Positions 11,511-25,680 of a stretch of 64,000 nt of DNA are shown here, in pieces. The notes below the pieces were generated by a model. The model had not been told where the DNA came from. It was given only the letters and a program-made list of their open reading frames with translations, and made no database searches. The position numbers and the translations under genes are program-made. Numbering within the stretch: the stretch's first letter is position 1; each line of letters starts with the position of its first letter. The stretch covers positions 18,228,001 through 18,292,000 of the forward strand of contig CDPCPM010000029.1 of assembly GCA_976551045.1 (NCBI GenBank), read 5' to 3'. This DNA is from Glaucostegus cemiculus (Eukaryota).

Positions 11511-13369
11511 GGAAACATCAGATGAACAGAACATTAAAAAAGTCTCGCATTAGGACAGCCAAATCCACCTCCCCACCCCACCCCCACCCCCACCGCCATT
11601 GCTTTTAGCAGGGGTTTCTGTTGTGCAATGCTATTTTTTAGAGTTCCCACTAACAATGATAAGTTACCACATAGAATGATAGACTCATACAGAGAAACAG
11701 CACCGAAACAGGCTCTTCGGCCCTCCAATTCTACACTGACCATTAACACCCATCTACACTATCCTACAATAACTCCATTTCTTTATTCTCCCCACATTCT
11801 CATCAAATTATCCTCATCCCCTCCCCCTCCCCCCTCCAAATCTACCACTCACCTACGCACCAGGACCAATTTAGCTACCACCCTGCACACCTTTGAGATG
11901 TACGAGGAAACCAGGGTTCCTGGGGAAACCAGAGCACATGTTGTGAATTCCCCAAATTGCATTCTGAATAATAACACTAAACGCTTAGGAATTATCCCAT
12001 TTACATTAACCATTCATTACATTTCATATACATGCAAAATTCTGCCTCCATGGCCCTGGAAGAGACTGGCGTGTGTCCACAGGGGAGGACCATTCAGTGT
12101 TTATTTCCATGTGCCAAGTAATTGCTAGCCCAGAAATCCTCATTCATGCTCACAGAAAACGTAACATATTAACATCACTACTCTACCATCACCCACAAAC
12201 AGACCACAAGGAGAATGTTTCAAAATGTCAGACATATCATTAATAACAAATATTAGAAACAGAGGAAGAACCCCTACTGAATTCTCATGGGAAACTTAAA
12301 TAAACTGGCACAGAGGGAGATTAAATACAAATCATAAGCTTTTGTAATCTAAAACTCATTGTGAAAGTAGGCTTTGAATCAAATTTGAAAGCATAGTTGG
12401 TATACGCAAACTTTGTTTGTTAGTTTTTTGTGGCTTTCTTTTCATGCTTTTGAGAGGTCAACAGATTTAAACCAAAGACTTCCATGACCTAGCATTGTAT
12501 AGTTGATTCACATTGTGTAACATCTTCAGCATTGCGCTAACAGTCTCCTCCAACCTTAGAGAATGAACCTGCAAAACTGCAAGATGGATTAAATAAGAAT
12601 AGTATTGCAGGGGAACATTAATCAGTGAAAATTACTAGATCTCTGAAGTATTGCGCATTGCTTGTGCTGATTACTTTTTGATCAATATGAAATAACTCTT
12701 TGTTGATGGATTTCCCTACTGTTGTGAAACTAAGGCAACAAAAACATTGTGTCTACTTCTCTTTTGAAGTAACTCATGAGCCATCTAATTGCACCATTAA
12801 TTACATTTAATAATATACTTAACATGGCTCCCTGTCTAATAATCCATGAATGAACTGTACAGCTGAGACACACAGAATTAGAAAGTCTCAGGTTTGATCC
12901 TTGGTAATGATTTCAGCTGATTCCATCTGGGGTGAAGATTAAGAATTGGCTTCAATAACTTTAGAGTGGGAGGAAATAATAAAAAACACCAAATTTCTTG
13001 TTCTTGATTGTTACTCAGTAGTATTCAAAATGTGCATCTGTAGTTATGGTTATGGACACTGTTGAACAAAACTTTGCTGATCTCTACAGTCGAGCAGCCT
13101 AACGGTGTTCAGGCTACAGAAATAAGTGGAAGATTCCAGAATGTATCAGCTTGCATCCAAGCCTGAATCATTGACTTCAGAAGAAAAAGGAGGTAAACTA
13201 AGGTGGAGAAATAAAAGAAAATAGTTAGACTTGTATTAAGAATATAAAAATGGCCTCCAAACATTGTGTATAAGAGCTATATATAACCAGCTAATGGACT
13301 TGCAGTGTTCTCCCTCAATGTTTATGACCAGTGCATACACTTCACCATCTTAACTGCATGCACAGGGGA

Positions 13370-13705
13370 TGGAAGCACAGCGGTTAAGTTACAGAGCCAA
13401 CATCCAGGCTGGACTGTTGATCCAGAGACATTAGTTCAAGTCCTTCCATGACACTACTTAAATAAATCTGGCAACCATGAGACCACTGGATGGTTATAAA
13501 ATCCTGTCAGGTTTGTTAATGTCATAAAGGAAGCAAATCTGTCGTTCTTACCAGACTGACTGTATGTGTGACTCCAAAATCACCAATGCAGTGTCTCCTA
13601 ACTGCCTTCTGAAATGGCCTAAATGGCCTCTTGGTTCAGGAGACGGCCAATAAATGCTGGTCTTGCTAACACTGCCCATATCCTGTGAATGAATGAATAA
13701 ATGAA
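13370..13705 (+). mobile_element. tRNA-headed SINE with CR1-group-like 3' end
   Basis: Head gcacagcggttaagttac...ttagttcaagtcc; tail ggccaataaatgctggtcttgctaacactgcccatatcctgtgaatgaatgaataa, resembling the reverse of 52690-52750. Confidence 0.55.
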
Positions 13706-15077
13706 GATTTGGAAGAATTGTTATTCTCTCAGGTTCAGCAGGGGTCTTGCAACAGCTAATCATTCTGTGCAGGTCTAAATCTATCAAGCACAGGAATCCT
13801 AATGGAAATAGAAAGGAATAAGTGACAGCACACTCCCCTGTAGTACAATTTCCCTTTAAAGGCCTTTTTGTTCTGCAGATTAATCTCTTCTGGATACTGT
13901 CATATGTGGAAATACTTAATTTCTGGGTTTTGGAAGCCATTAGTGAAAAATAGTATATCTCAGCCATTTGAACTCAAGTCAAACTCTGATCCCTGGAGGT
14001 AATGGTAACAGTTCAAGAGATTTGGAAGTGCCTAATCAGCATTTTATGATAGAGTGTACCAAGCAGAACACATTTACTCAGTGATTACCAATCTGTACTG
14101 GCGAGCAAGAGCTAAAACAATAAACACTGACGAAGCAAACATGCATCATCTGACTGGATTCTAGACATTTGTACAAATATAAAGACTGCACGTAATATTG
14201 CTAATTATTCCTCCTGATTCCAAAAGAGTCCTGAATGACTGTGCTACAAGCCATCTTTAATGACCAGGTGCAGAACTTGGCTCTGGGCTTTTGTTTTTTT
14301 ATTTAATGTTTGTTCCAATTTATTTTAACAAAATGTTACTGCCATTTCCGTGTAGACTGTTCCTGCTTTAAGTTGGTTCCTGGCTTCTCCTGTTGCATAA
14401 ATGGAAATTTATTCCATTGCTCATTCTTGGTCATCACTAAAAGCTGAAGGGTTTCCAAACATCAGAGAATCATGCTCTCCTCCTTCCAAGATATGTAATA
14501 AGTCAACATGACACTGATCTAAGGAAGTGTTTAGGATATTTTAAGGGAAACCACGGTCTTAACTATGTGTGAATCGGCTGGGATCTCATTCAGTGTGACA
14601 TGGAAGCTTTTCGTTTTATGTTCTTTTTGTGGGCTTTCTACAAAATTAGGCATCTAAAACATATTATTGCTCCATGAATGGGCACACTGTCAATATAATA
14701 GCTGTGTGGGGGTGACTAATGGTGACGAGAGGGTGATGAGAGGGTGGGGCAGGTGCAGTGATTTTGGGTAGAAGCTGGGACAGATCTACTGCTGGCCCTT
14801 CTCTGCCATCAGTGAGTGGCTGGGAGATGCTGCCTCCTCTGGTACATGAAAGCACAGTGAAACCTAACCTGTTGAGACCCCAACAACAGAATCATAGAGT
14901 TATACAACACTTAAACAGACCCTTTGGCCCACCATATTCATACAAATCATCAAGTACTCATCTATACTATTCCAATTTACCAACTTTTGGCCTGTAGCCT
15001 TCTATGCCTTGGTGATTCAAGTGCTCATCTGAATGCTGCTTAAGTGTTGTGATAGAATCATTGAGAGCACCCTGATA

Positions 15078-15435
15078 ATCAAAGTCAAAGTTGAGTTGAT
15101 TGCCATACGCACTAGTATATGTGTGCACACATGCAATGAAAAACTTATTTGCAGCAGCATCACAGGCACATGGCATCAGAGACACAACAGTAACAAGAAA
15201 AACATAAGTAAATTATACAAAATTATACAGTAAAGAACACAATTAGAACAAAAAAATGTCCATTGTAGTGCAAAATGGTTAAAGTGGTCACATTTGTTGC
15301 TATACTGAGGTAGTGATTAGAGTTGTGCAGATTGGTTCAAGAACCAAATGTTTGAAAGGAAGTAGCTGTTCTTGAACCTGGTGGTGTGGGCCTTCATGCT
15401 TCTGTACCTCCTGCCCAATGGTAGCTGCGAGTAGT
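15078..15435 (-). mobile_element. Rex1/Babar LINE 3' fragment (second subfamily)
   Basis: Same sequence family as 48110-48480 (cttgaacctggtggtgtggg...tgcagcagcatcacaggcaca; aaagtcaaagttgagtt tail). Confidence 0.75.
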
Positions 15436-16074
15436 CCAGATCTCTGAATTCCAGAGGGAGCAAGGAAACAAATCTGAAGTGGATTCATTGCTTTATGGGA
15501 ATGACCTAATAGCTCTGTTGGTAGCAACAGTGTTAGGGGGAGTCACTCATTTTCTGTGGGGCCTTATCTAGGCTGCCCATGTTTCTTTGGAGCAGCAAGT
15601 ATTGAGCTATTGTTGCCTGTTGCAGTCCCAAAAGCATCTCACCCTCCCGCTTAAACAAATTTTAAGCCATCTGTCATCTTGCAGCAGCCTCAGGTGGATG
15701 CAGGAGAGCTCTGTGTGAATTATTAAATAGATGCCAAATGCTTATATTTCTGGTGGCAGTTGTTTCCCAGGCTGTATCCACTGTGGGGCAAGCTGAGAAG
15801 AGGAGACCAGCGCCAAATTCCCAAAGAGTCCTGGAACGTGAATCAGGCTCCCCCTTCACACATGTAACCAACCAGACACCTGTTCTAGGTGAATCGCAGG
15901 GACCATGAAAAAAATTGTCCAACCCAATTTCATCAAATGTCTATCAGGGGTTCTTACATCACCATCTAAAACAGGCCCTGATTGTGCCTGATTTTTACAC
16001 TTGGTCTAATTTCTAACTTAATGTATCTTCCAGTGCAGAGTGAATTGAGCTAACTGTACAATACAATACTAACT

Positions 16075-16245
16075 ATACAAGAGCAAACTCCTGTGGATAT
16101 TGGAAACCTAAAATGAAAACAGAAAAATGCTGGAAAGTCTCGGACTTCAGATGAAAGATCACAAACCTAAAATATTAACTCCACTTCTCTCTCCTCAAAT
16201 GCTGTCTGACCTCCTGAACATTTCCAGCATTTTCTGATTTTATAG
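16075..16245 (+). mobile_element. Short PLE-derived element, highly degraded
   Basis: tgtggatattggaaacctaaaatgaaaacagaaaaatgctggaaa ... cagatgaaagatcacaaacctaaaatattaact ... tttccagcattttctgattt (inverted ends). Confidence 0.55.
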
Positions 16246-17029
16246 CCTATAGAATGATGTTTATATCAGATAAGGCACTCATGTCTACCTTAATTTACAT
16301 ATGTAAATGAGCATGGCAAAGGTTATTTGCCATATGAGGGGATGTAAACTTGAATTATGCTGCCCAGAAGTTGAACCCACTTGTGCATAAAAACAAATTT
16401 TCGAAGTTTAGTAGTGATAGTGAGCATTTCTGGGTGAAAGAGTGCCCACTGCAAAACTGGACTGGGCACGATACACCTTGGAGTGTCTGGTAATTTCCCA
16501 GCATCAGGCCCTAACTGAATAACGCCACAAGTCATGTTATGCCTATTTCTACCCTTGCCAGAATAAACTGGAGCATTTGTGTGCAAGCTAGATCTTCATT
16601 GTCCACTCACAGTATGACCATGCACGCATCATTACATCTCTGTCTGTTTAAAGGGTCCTCTGCTGGCATTGAGAGGCCTAACTGAGAACTCACAACACAC
16701 AAACACTTAAGTCCACAGAATATGACACATCTAAAAGGGGTACTCTTTTTCAGCCAATATCTTTTGAGATACTCATTCAATGAGGGCCTCAGCGATGACA
16801 CTGTTGGTAGCAATCTTTTACTGGGATGTAGTTATAGTAATGAAGCTGAAATGTTAAAATAGATGAAATCATCACTGCACAAATACAATACCTGGGTGAC
16901 CTCTCTGATGCTGTAGTGAGCAGAAGATTGGGAGACATGACAGAGATCTGCTCTGGCCACTTGGAAAGGAACTGCAGCAAGGAAGTTGCTAGTCAGTGTG
17001 ACCTTGATCTCCAAGAAGAGAACAATCCA

Positions 17030-17880
17030 GGGTCAGGGACCTCAGGGTAAGGAAGCAAACACATGCCTATCCATGAAGAACCTACTTCCCAAGAGTCCAG
17101 GAAAGACTTACCTGGGCCTTGCTGATGAACAATGCATTTCCAGGCTCAGTTTTCCCAAGGATTTCATCAATGAAGTGTGTGGCATTCTCTGGGAAGACCT
17201 TTGACCAGATTCTTGTGCTTCCATCGCGCTCTCTCCAAGGAGGCTGAGCTCAAGGTCATGTTGGCTGTCAACTTCCTCACCGCAGGATCTTACCAAGTGG
17301 CCCCAGCAGATGGCCGCCATGTTTTCCAGTTTGCTGCTTCACCAGAGGATCAGAGAGGTGATCCAAGCAATTTATTCACACCGAGATGACTTTATCTCCA
17401 GCGATTTCAGTGAGGAGATGGTATCGCAGGCACTGGGTTTTGCTGAAAATCTGGCTTCTTCCTAGTGCAGGCAGCCATAAGGATTCACATTTATAACCAA
17501 GACCCATTCCTTAGCAGAGAGGGTTCCCACTCCCTTACTGCTCAGCTGAACACCATGTACCTGGGAAGTACACAAGGCAGCTTCACCCTCAGGCAGACAA
17601 AGCAGCCAGACATTTTCCATTGCCAGCACTGCCCAGGGAGATGGATTGTGGAGAAGAGGGCTACCACCTACTTACTTGGAATCTTCAAGCTGTCTGCTGG
17701 CCTACAACAGCAGCTGAATTTCGCTGCAACCAGAACCATCCAGATACTAGAATCATCATGACCTTCTTAAAATATGATTCTGCTGCCTGCATAAGTCTGG
17801 GGGCACCCTGCGATATACACACCAGTGGGTGGCATGCAGACTTCAGCACTCTGAACTGTGTGTTGCACTAGCTAGTTACC
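17030..17880 (+). pseudogene. PIF/Harbinger transposase relic (HARBI1-like)
   Basis: Colinear peptides across frameshifts: YLGLADEQCISRLSFPKDFINEVCGILWEDL; KVMLAVNFLTAGSYQ; FLSREGSHSLTAQL (cf. NRKGFHSLNVQL); YLGSTQGSFTLRQT (cf. YPGS.HD.FILRQS); C-terminal part decayed. Confidence 0.8.
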
Positions 17881-20800
17881 CCAGACACAGAGCCTGAGTG
17901 ACATGAGGAGCAGGCTGGAGAGGGGCAAGAGTATAAGGAAAGCTACTGGGAGGAGTTCCAGCAAAATACCAGCAGCTCTATCTGACAGCAGAACATAGGA
18001 AGAAGGCATTGAATTCATGGGTAACCAGAGACTCTCTGACAAGGAGTCTACAAAATTCTAGTCCTCAGTCCAGAACAAGAGACCCTCCCCACAACAGAGT
18101 CATTGACATCACTGTATTTCAACATATTCCAGCTGTTATCACCTGTACGATTGCCGGTGACACATACTCATACCCCACATCCTGCACCTTATATAACACT
18201 TCAACGTTAGATCCTCTGACTCTATACATCAAGCCCTTATTGTCTGCAAGGCGTAAGGACATGTCTTTCCATGGATAATAAGAAACACTCGGGCTGCTGA
18301 CAATGACACTCAGGCTGCAGTGACACAGAGCTTCACAGCAGTTGGCAAATCTATCCCGCTGGTCTCCCAGATGTTCACTCGTATGTACAGGGTGTACATA
18401 AGTCAAGAATCTGTAAGTTTGGGGGAGGACCTGTATTCATGTTTCAATGCTTGCCAGCATGAGAAATCAAATGCAATCCATCTCACAGCAAACAGGATTC
18501 ACTGGGCACCACAGGAAAGGGCTCTAGAGGATTGTATGATATTTACCAACACTGCTGGTAACACACAACAGACCTTATGAGCTTGTGAATCCACAGATAG
18601 CAAGTCAGGGATAACAAAGACTATGGATAATGTCAATGGCTTGAGGCCAACAATGTGCAACTCTCAATGAGTGGCGCCTTGCTTTGAAAAATCTGTGACC
18701 AAAAAATGTACCAAATAGACTTTCCTTAGATCAGCAGAACTCTGCAGATATAAACAAAATTAGAAGAAATACTAAGCAGACGTAAACATCAATCGAGCTA
18801 TTGACCCCACTCCCTCCTCAACTGCTGCTCAAAATCTTTAGTGGTTAGTCAGCACTGTGGCCACAGCAAACTGTAGCTCAACATTTCTGCCCAGGCCAAC
18901 ATTCCTCACCAGCGCTATAATCATGCAATCATGTCCACTGCGTAACTTAGTGAGGGATGGTTCTTTGAAAGATGTGAGTAGATGTGTTATTTCAACATGC
19001 AGCTTCTCTCAAATTTCTCTGCCTCTCAAGGGAGCGAGTGCCTCCCTCAAAGATGGAGCTCAAAGATGTGCCCCTCTCAAACACAATGTTGCTATTGTAA
19101 CAGTAAAACAAGTAAAGAGATGAGTAATCAATCTTGCACTGGGGGTCAGATGCAATCATTACCAGGACAACATGGTGGCAGTGGCATGAGAATAAAAATA
19201 TCCCTAAAATTTGGTCCAATGTAGTGATGCAGTGATTATCAATGGGAAAGCATCATTCAATGTGCAGGCACAGTCAAGATTTATCTTGAGCACAGCACTA
19301 TGAAATACTTTTTAAAGATTGAATTCACATGCTGTATAAAATCTGGATTCCACTTTGATGGCTGTAGTACTTCCTGCAGCAGTAATCACATAAGTGGTCT
19401 ATGCAAAGCAAAAATCTTGTCAACTCTTCTTTACATTATTTGCTTTGCATTCAAAATGTTGGCATTACAGGTGGAGTAAATTTTAAAAAGTCGGCAAATA
19501 ACATCCCATGCCGTGACTGGCTGCCAAATTAGAGAACAAAATATTTGCTTCATATATCAGGTCTGCTACAATTTTTTCCCCAGAAAATCAGAATTAAGGA
19601 AGCACTATTCAGTGCTGTTGGCTAATATTTCTTTCCTGTGCAGGATATATTCTCCCATGGACTTCCTCTGGATTGTCACAGGGTGTAGCAGGTTCTGGAG
19701 TGATAGATTTGAAAAGCAGGGTTAAGCTGTTGTTGAACATGCATTGTATGTTTTAAAAGGATGATACTGGTTACAGAAAATGAATAAAATGCCACCTTAG
19801 CAAATGATGTTTAAACCTGATATTTGGAATAATTTTTATTTGCTTAAAAATTATTGAAGCTGTGCATAGGAAAGGCAATATTTCATCGTCAATAAAAATT
19901 CTTTATAGATAGGTGCAATAACTTTGTCAACCTGTGAGTAAGTTAGTCCATTGGTGCATGTATTTGAAAACTGTCAACTGTAGCTAATCTGTCAATGCTG
20001 ATCTTCTGGTATCAGATGTGGGTTCAAATCCCACTCCGAAAACATGAGCATTGATGTTCACTGTGGTCTAACAGGGTTGTGCATCATAAAAGCTGATGGC
20101 CAAGAAATTATTCAGTGCTTGAAGGGGTGTAGTATGGGGAGCCATGTTAGTATAGCTTAAGGCTTCAGTACAGTGATACTGTAATGAGCAAAATGTGCAA
20201 TGCATCATATGTGTTAGCACTGACCAGCTCAGGCCTAGTGCAAACCTTGCAATAGGCTCAGATTGCTGCAATGAACACAACTTTGCCTCCATAAGCTTTG
20301 CCATAGCAAGATTTCTTAAAGCAGCAATTCTAATTTCTCAATTCTCAACAGAAATATTGTTGAGATAAACATAGGGAGAAAGCATATCTCAAGAGGTTTA
20401 TCATCTATTATTGATGGATGCACGGTGTGCAACATCATGAAAATCTTCCGATGATCTACCTGAGCTTTGAGGGAATGGAAACCCTCTCTGATGAGGAATA
20501 GGTCCTGGTTATTAATGGGAACCCTTATGGTGCTACTGTGTTCTTCTCTTCAATGGAAGGGTGGGCTAGTGGTAGTGGAGAGGGTGGTGGACTTTTTGCA
20601 CCTGATATCCCTGCTATGCTGCTGGCCTGAGAGAAAGCAGCATCATCAATGTGATCTCTGTCTATACTACATATTCATTAAAGTGGATATGATTGGTGCA
20701 CAATCTACAGGGAACAGAACTGATTGAATTATCAGTCTTCCTTACACTCTGTTGGATGTCGGGGCAAAAACTTTTCAAATCACTGGAGATGCTGCTCTGG

Positions 20801-21029
20801 ATAATTTGAAATCTGATAGCCATCAGTAAATCAATGGTGTCCCTCAAGGTCTGAAAGCAGAAGGCCATCCATTCAACATACTGTCCAACCTGGGGGCTTC
20901 ATTACTGGAGAGGAATGCAAGTGCTGTCGAATACGCCATTCTCTTCAGTCTGATTGGGAATGAAGAAATCCTCTCTTCGATTGTTTGTCAGTTTAATGCC
21001 CATTGTGCCAACCAATTGTGTCATATCAG

Positions 21030-21320
21030 TTAGGTGGCATGGTGGCACAGATGGTAGAGTTGCGTCTTCATTGTTCCAGCGACCCAGGTTCGATCCTAAT
21101 CTCTGGCACTGTCTATGTGGAGTTTGCACATCCTCCCTGTGATCACACAGGTTTCATCTCAAAGACATGTGGGTTGATAGGTTAGTTGGTCACTGTAAAT
21201 TGCCCCTAGTGTGTAGGTGAGTGGGAGATTCTGGAGTGAGCTGCTGGGAATATGTGGAGAACTAAATGGCATCAGAGTAGGATTACTGTAAGTGGGCAGC
21301 AGAGATTCAGTGGGCTAGAT
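21030..21320 (+). mobile_element. V-domain SINE (HE1-like) with CR1-like tail
   Basis: Head ggtggcatggtggcacagatggtagagttgcg...cccaggttcgatcc; core tgtctatgtggagtttgcacatcctccctgtga; then cactgtaaattgcccctagtgtgtagg and gcagagattcagtgggc. Confidence 0.75.
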
Positions 21321-21879
21321 GCTCACTTAGCATCTGAAAACATTTCCTTAACCTTCATGCGAAATTCAACATCACAATTCCATCTCTGCATGTGCATTTT
21401 CAGTTCCTTCATACTCAGAGACATGCTGTAATCTGCATTGTGCTCGTGACTGCCTGTGGTTCTGTCTGGGCTGGTGCATGATAGTGATGGGGGGTGGGGG
21501 TGGGTAGGGTGGGAGAAGTGGGGGTGGGACAGGTCCGAGGCAGCTGATGGGTGTACATTCCCTTCTGCAGCTCTTTCCTCTGCCCCCTCTTAGCTTACTG
21601 GATCTCAGAAAACAAGCAAGAAACAATGCCTACAGGGGCCTTGTGTCATTTAATATCACATTATCTGATTTTGGAATTTAAGCATTTTCCACCTGTGTTG
21701 ATCTGTTTTCATAATCAGACCTTTATATGCATGCATACAGTCACCAAAACTGTGTCTGGGACCTCCAAACTGACACTCTGCCACAGCTGGGGAAGAGTTA
21801 CTTCCCTGAATTTCCATGGGCTGATGCTCCTCCTGACTGGAATGCTGGATATCTGCGGATCCTGTAGCCTGTGAAGCAG

Positions 21880-22010
21880 TAGCAGAGCAGCAGGTGCTGA
21901 CCTCGATCTCTCAGTCCTGATACAGGGTTTCGACTGGAAACGTCCACATTTCCTTTCCTCCTACAGATGCTGCTTGACCAGCTGAGTTCTTCCAGCAGAT
22001 TGCTTGTTGC
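21880..22010 (+). mobile_element. PLE-derived fragment with hammerhead-like motif
   Basis: cagtc-CTGATAC-agggtttcgactg-GAAA-cgtc at 21912-21944, then cagatgctgcttgaccagctgagttcttccagcagattgcttgttgct. Confidence 0.7.
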
Positions 22011-24309
22011 TGACCAGTACCTTACTTGGTTATTAGTATTCAGTTGGTGGGCTAAAATCAGAAGATCCCTCAGACAGAGAAAGGACTGCAGATGATGGAA
22101 TCTAGATGAAAAACTCAATGATGTTGGAGGAACTCAGCAGGGCTCCCTTAGGCATCTGAGATGGAGCAAATATGCATGGCAAGTTGTGAAAGAAGGTTGG
22201 TGGAGGAATCTGTGTGTGGCATTCACTGTGTGACATCCCATACTGCAGCAACCAAAAACGTGAGGTCAAGCTTAACTCTGAGAACTTTGGCAGGCAGCCT
22301 TGACAAGGAGTTGGACTGGAATGTACCTTTACCGCCCGTGTTAGAGAATTGTTTCTTCTTGAGTTGCTGCTGACTTTCTCCTTCCACCTCACAAAGGCAG
22401 CTGAAGTATCAGCTTTCTTGACACCACTCCCAAGAGTGCCTTCCATTCTCTGACTTACTTCACCACTATATCACCCCTCTGTAAGGTCTGCAGCTCCCTT
22501 GGACCTTCCTTCTGCAGATGCTGTCTCTGGTCTCATATGCATTTACCCAGCTTCTTTCAACGGCTGCATGGCTTTAAATCCTGCTTGGGGCACTGATTCT
22601 GCCTTCTTCTGTTGTTCTCGAGACCTGCCTGGATGTAGCTTGCAGGGATCCTGTGTTGGCTCCGATCAGCTACAATCACGTTAGCTGATGATGGAATTTA
22701 AAATTCCTGGGCTTTGGCATGGGGCTGGGCCAGATTCTGCCAAAACAACCAAACTCGATGAAAGTTCACTACTCGAACATTATTCCGTACCTCCCTCCCT
22801 CCACAAATGCTCTCTGAGCTGTCAACTGTTACTAGCAGTTTTCTATTTTTATTTTAGATTTCCAACATCTGCAGTACTTCACTTTTAATTTTAAAAGTTA
22901 ACAATTGTGTGATCTGGGAAGGAGACAATTGCTAACCAGTCAATGGATCACATTTTGAATTGACTTCAATAAGGACACAACAAAGCCATGTGACCACTCT
23001 GAACCCTGCCATCCATCCAGTGTATGAAAATCTAAACATTAAAGTGGATAATTGATTTGGAGTGTAAGCAGTGAAATAATAAACTGAGTCTATTATAAAT
23101 TTTCCAGATTAATTTCTGTCATAAGTAAACACTACTTTGAGTAATGAATCTACTTGCTGTTCTCTATAATTCCTTGTGGGAACTTGAAAATACTTGTTAT
23201 AGTTGCCAACCTACTGTGAAATCCAGGTGTAGGAGTTGGCTTAGAAACTTGGCCTGCTTCTGTCATTTTACAGCTATCCAGCAGTGCCACAGGGTCTCAT
23301 ATTATGGATGGGCAGAGCTCCAGGATTAAATTAACATCAGCTTGGCTCGGCATAGACCTCACCTTAGTCTCATGTAGCTGCTGTCTACAGTTGTAGTTGC
23401 TTAACAAAGAAATAGGAATATCTAAATTATGCAATACTGACAAGAAGTGTACCTCTGCAGAGGGGATATTCTTTTACACTTAATTTTGAGTCTGAATATT
23501 ATCCCATTGCACAACTACTAGTCGAATTTGAAAGTCCAAGGCCAACCTTAAGATATGTACTGGGATCACAAAATTCATTAGCTGAATTTTTGCTGCCTAC
23601 CCTATCTCCAGGGCATATTGATATTCAAAGAAATATGAGAAATTAAATCATGAAATGCCCATTTTCGAGACACTAAATGTACATAATTGGGTTTTACCCA
23701 GATTAGATTGGTAAAATCATGTCACTTATGAAAACGGATCAGGCACTTCCATGTACAATCTACATTGGTGTGCCTGAACGTTCCCTGGAGTCAGGCGCTC
23801 ACCTGACTTCATATTTCATGATGACATCGTTATTTAACTAATGCCATTTTGGCTCATACTTACATAACTTGGAGATCAAAGCTCCAAGGTAGGATCACTA
23901 TGCAACAGTTTTGGTAGAAAATGGAGGATATTGTACAAGTTTGCTGTTTTTACATTATGTAAATGGTAACTCCACTGACATCGTAAGAGCTGATTGGATA
24001 GCTTCAGAAATGTCTGTAGGCTACTCAAGCAACTTCCAAATCCACGGAATCTGTTTAAAGTAACAGGGAGCGTTTTCCCCACCTCTTCACTGCTGAGGTA
24101 CTCATTCCCTAGATGTTTCTCCTCCTACACAACTGGTCATGATTCAGATTCCCAGAAAAAGCCTATAGCAGCCTTCGGCCCCTCTTGAACATTTGTAATG
24201 GGTCCAAACACTGTTGCACTTGATTGTCATCCATTCTGTCTCCACCTCTGGCAGGGTAAACACTCCTTTTTATCTTAAGCCCATTCTGTGGATTTGGAAG
24301 TTGCCTGTG

Positions 24310-24660
24310 TACCATCTACAAAAGGTAGGTTTTTCGTAGCCTCCTTAAGTCCTCTTTGCAACTTACTTTGCCACCTACCTGTGTCATCAGCAAATTTAGC
24401 AACCATCCTTTTAGTGCCTTCATTCAAATCACTAATATAATTTGTAAAAAGTTGAGGCCCCAGCACTGATCCCTATACATCTTGCCTCCTCTCTGTTTCT
24501 TATTAGCCAGGCAATCCTTTATTCACACCAATATTTTATCTCCTACACCATGAGTTTTTATTTTCTGTTATAAGCTGTAGTACAGTTTCTCATGCCTCCT
24601 GGAAATCTAAGTACAACTTATTCACTATTTTCCCTTTTTTGGCAATACATGTTACTTCAT
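24310..24660 (-). mobile_element. CR1 RT fragment
   Basis: GSVLGPQLFTNYISDLNEGTKRMVAKFADDT on the minus strand. Confidence 0.8.
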
Positions 24661-25193
24661 AGAATTCAGGCTTTCTGCGCTCTGTCAGATACCTGTCAGC
24701 TTCTGACCTAAGTATCCATGTGGTTCCACCAAATGGAACCACATGGATAATGCAGAGGTACACTTCTTGTCAGTATTGCACACTTTAACTACTACTATTT
24801 CTTTATTAAACAACTACAACTGTTGGCAGCAACTACATGAGACTTCGTGAGGATTGTGTCATGCAAAGCTAATGTTAATATAATCCTGGATCTCTGCCCA
24901 CCCAACAGGTATAATGTTTAAATGCTCACTGCTTCATTGCCAAGTTAATACCTGTAAGGGAAACATATCAGAAATTATATCTTATCTCTCCCTCAGCCTG
25001 TGTTAAGTTTCAACAACAAACTGGCTTATATGGCTCAATGACACATCAACCAAATCCGCTGGGAGGCCAGTCAAAAACACTGTCCTTTCTCAGGCCAACA
25101 GCCTAGCAGTGAGGCATAGATTATTACACCCAGTCAGCTGCACTAGATGCCCATGTTGCTTACATGCCTGACACTTGATTTGTGAAACAAGTT

Positions 25194-25335
25194 GATGAAA
25201 GTTGAAAAGCTGCTGGTGCTGGAAATAAAACCAGGAAATTTTGACAAGGGATCCTCGATCTAAAACGCTGGTGCTTCTTCTCTTCTCACTGATGCTGCCT
25301 GACCTCCTGAGTGCTTCCAGCGTTCTTTGTTCTCC
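25194..25335 (+). mobile_element. Short PLE-derived element with exact 11-bp TSD
   Basis: TGAAACAAGTT at 25183-25193 and 25336-25346; family body gatgctgcctgacctcctgagtgcttccagc. Confidence 0.75.
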
Positions 25336-25369
25336 TGAAACAAGTTCTTTAGTGTAAGCCTGCTATGGC

Positions 25370-25680
25370 AGGCAGGAAGACAGAGAAAATGGTTCAAGGA
25401 TATTCTCAAATTCTGTACATGGAGGTCAACATCAACTCTGGCTCATTGGTGTCCCTGGTGCAAGACCACTCACACACAAAGCATCTGGGAAGTTGCTGAG
25501 CTACGCAGGAGTCTGATGAGAATGTGAGGAAACCAAATGCAAGCAGTGGAAAGTATGTACAGCAAGCCCAACCGCTCACCCAGCCGTCCTGCCAAACACC
25601 GCCTGGCCCATCAGTCTGTCAGGACCCATAGAAGAAGCAGAAGCAAGTTATCCTTTGCCTCGAGGGACGGGCAAAGCAGA
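25370..25680 (+). mobile_element. RTE-clade LINE 3' fragment
   Basis: GRQRKWFKDILK resembles RTE 'GGQRKRFKDTLK'; end gaagcaagttatcctttgcctcgagggac. Confidence 0.55.
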
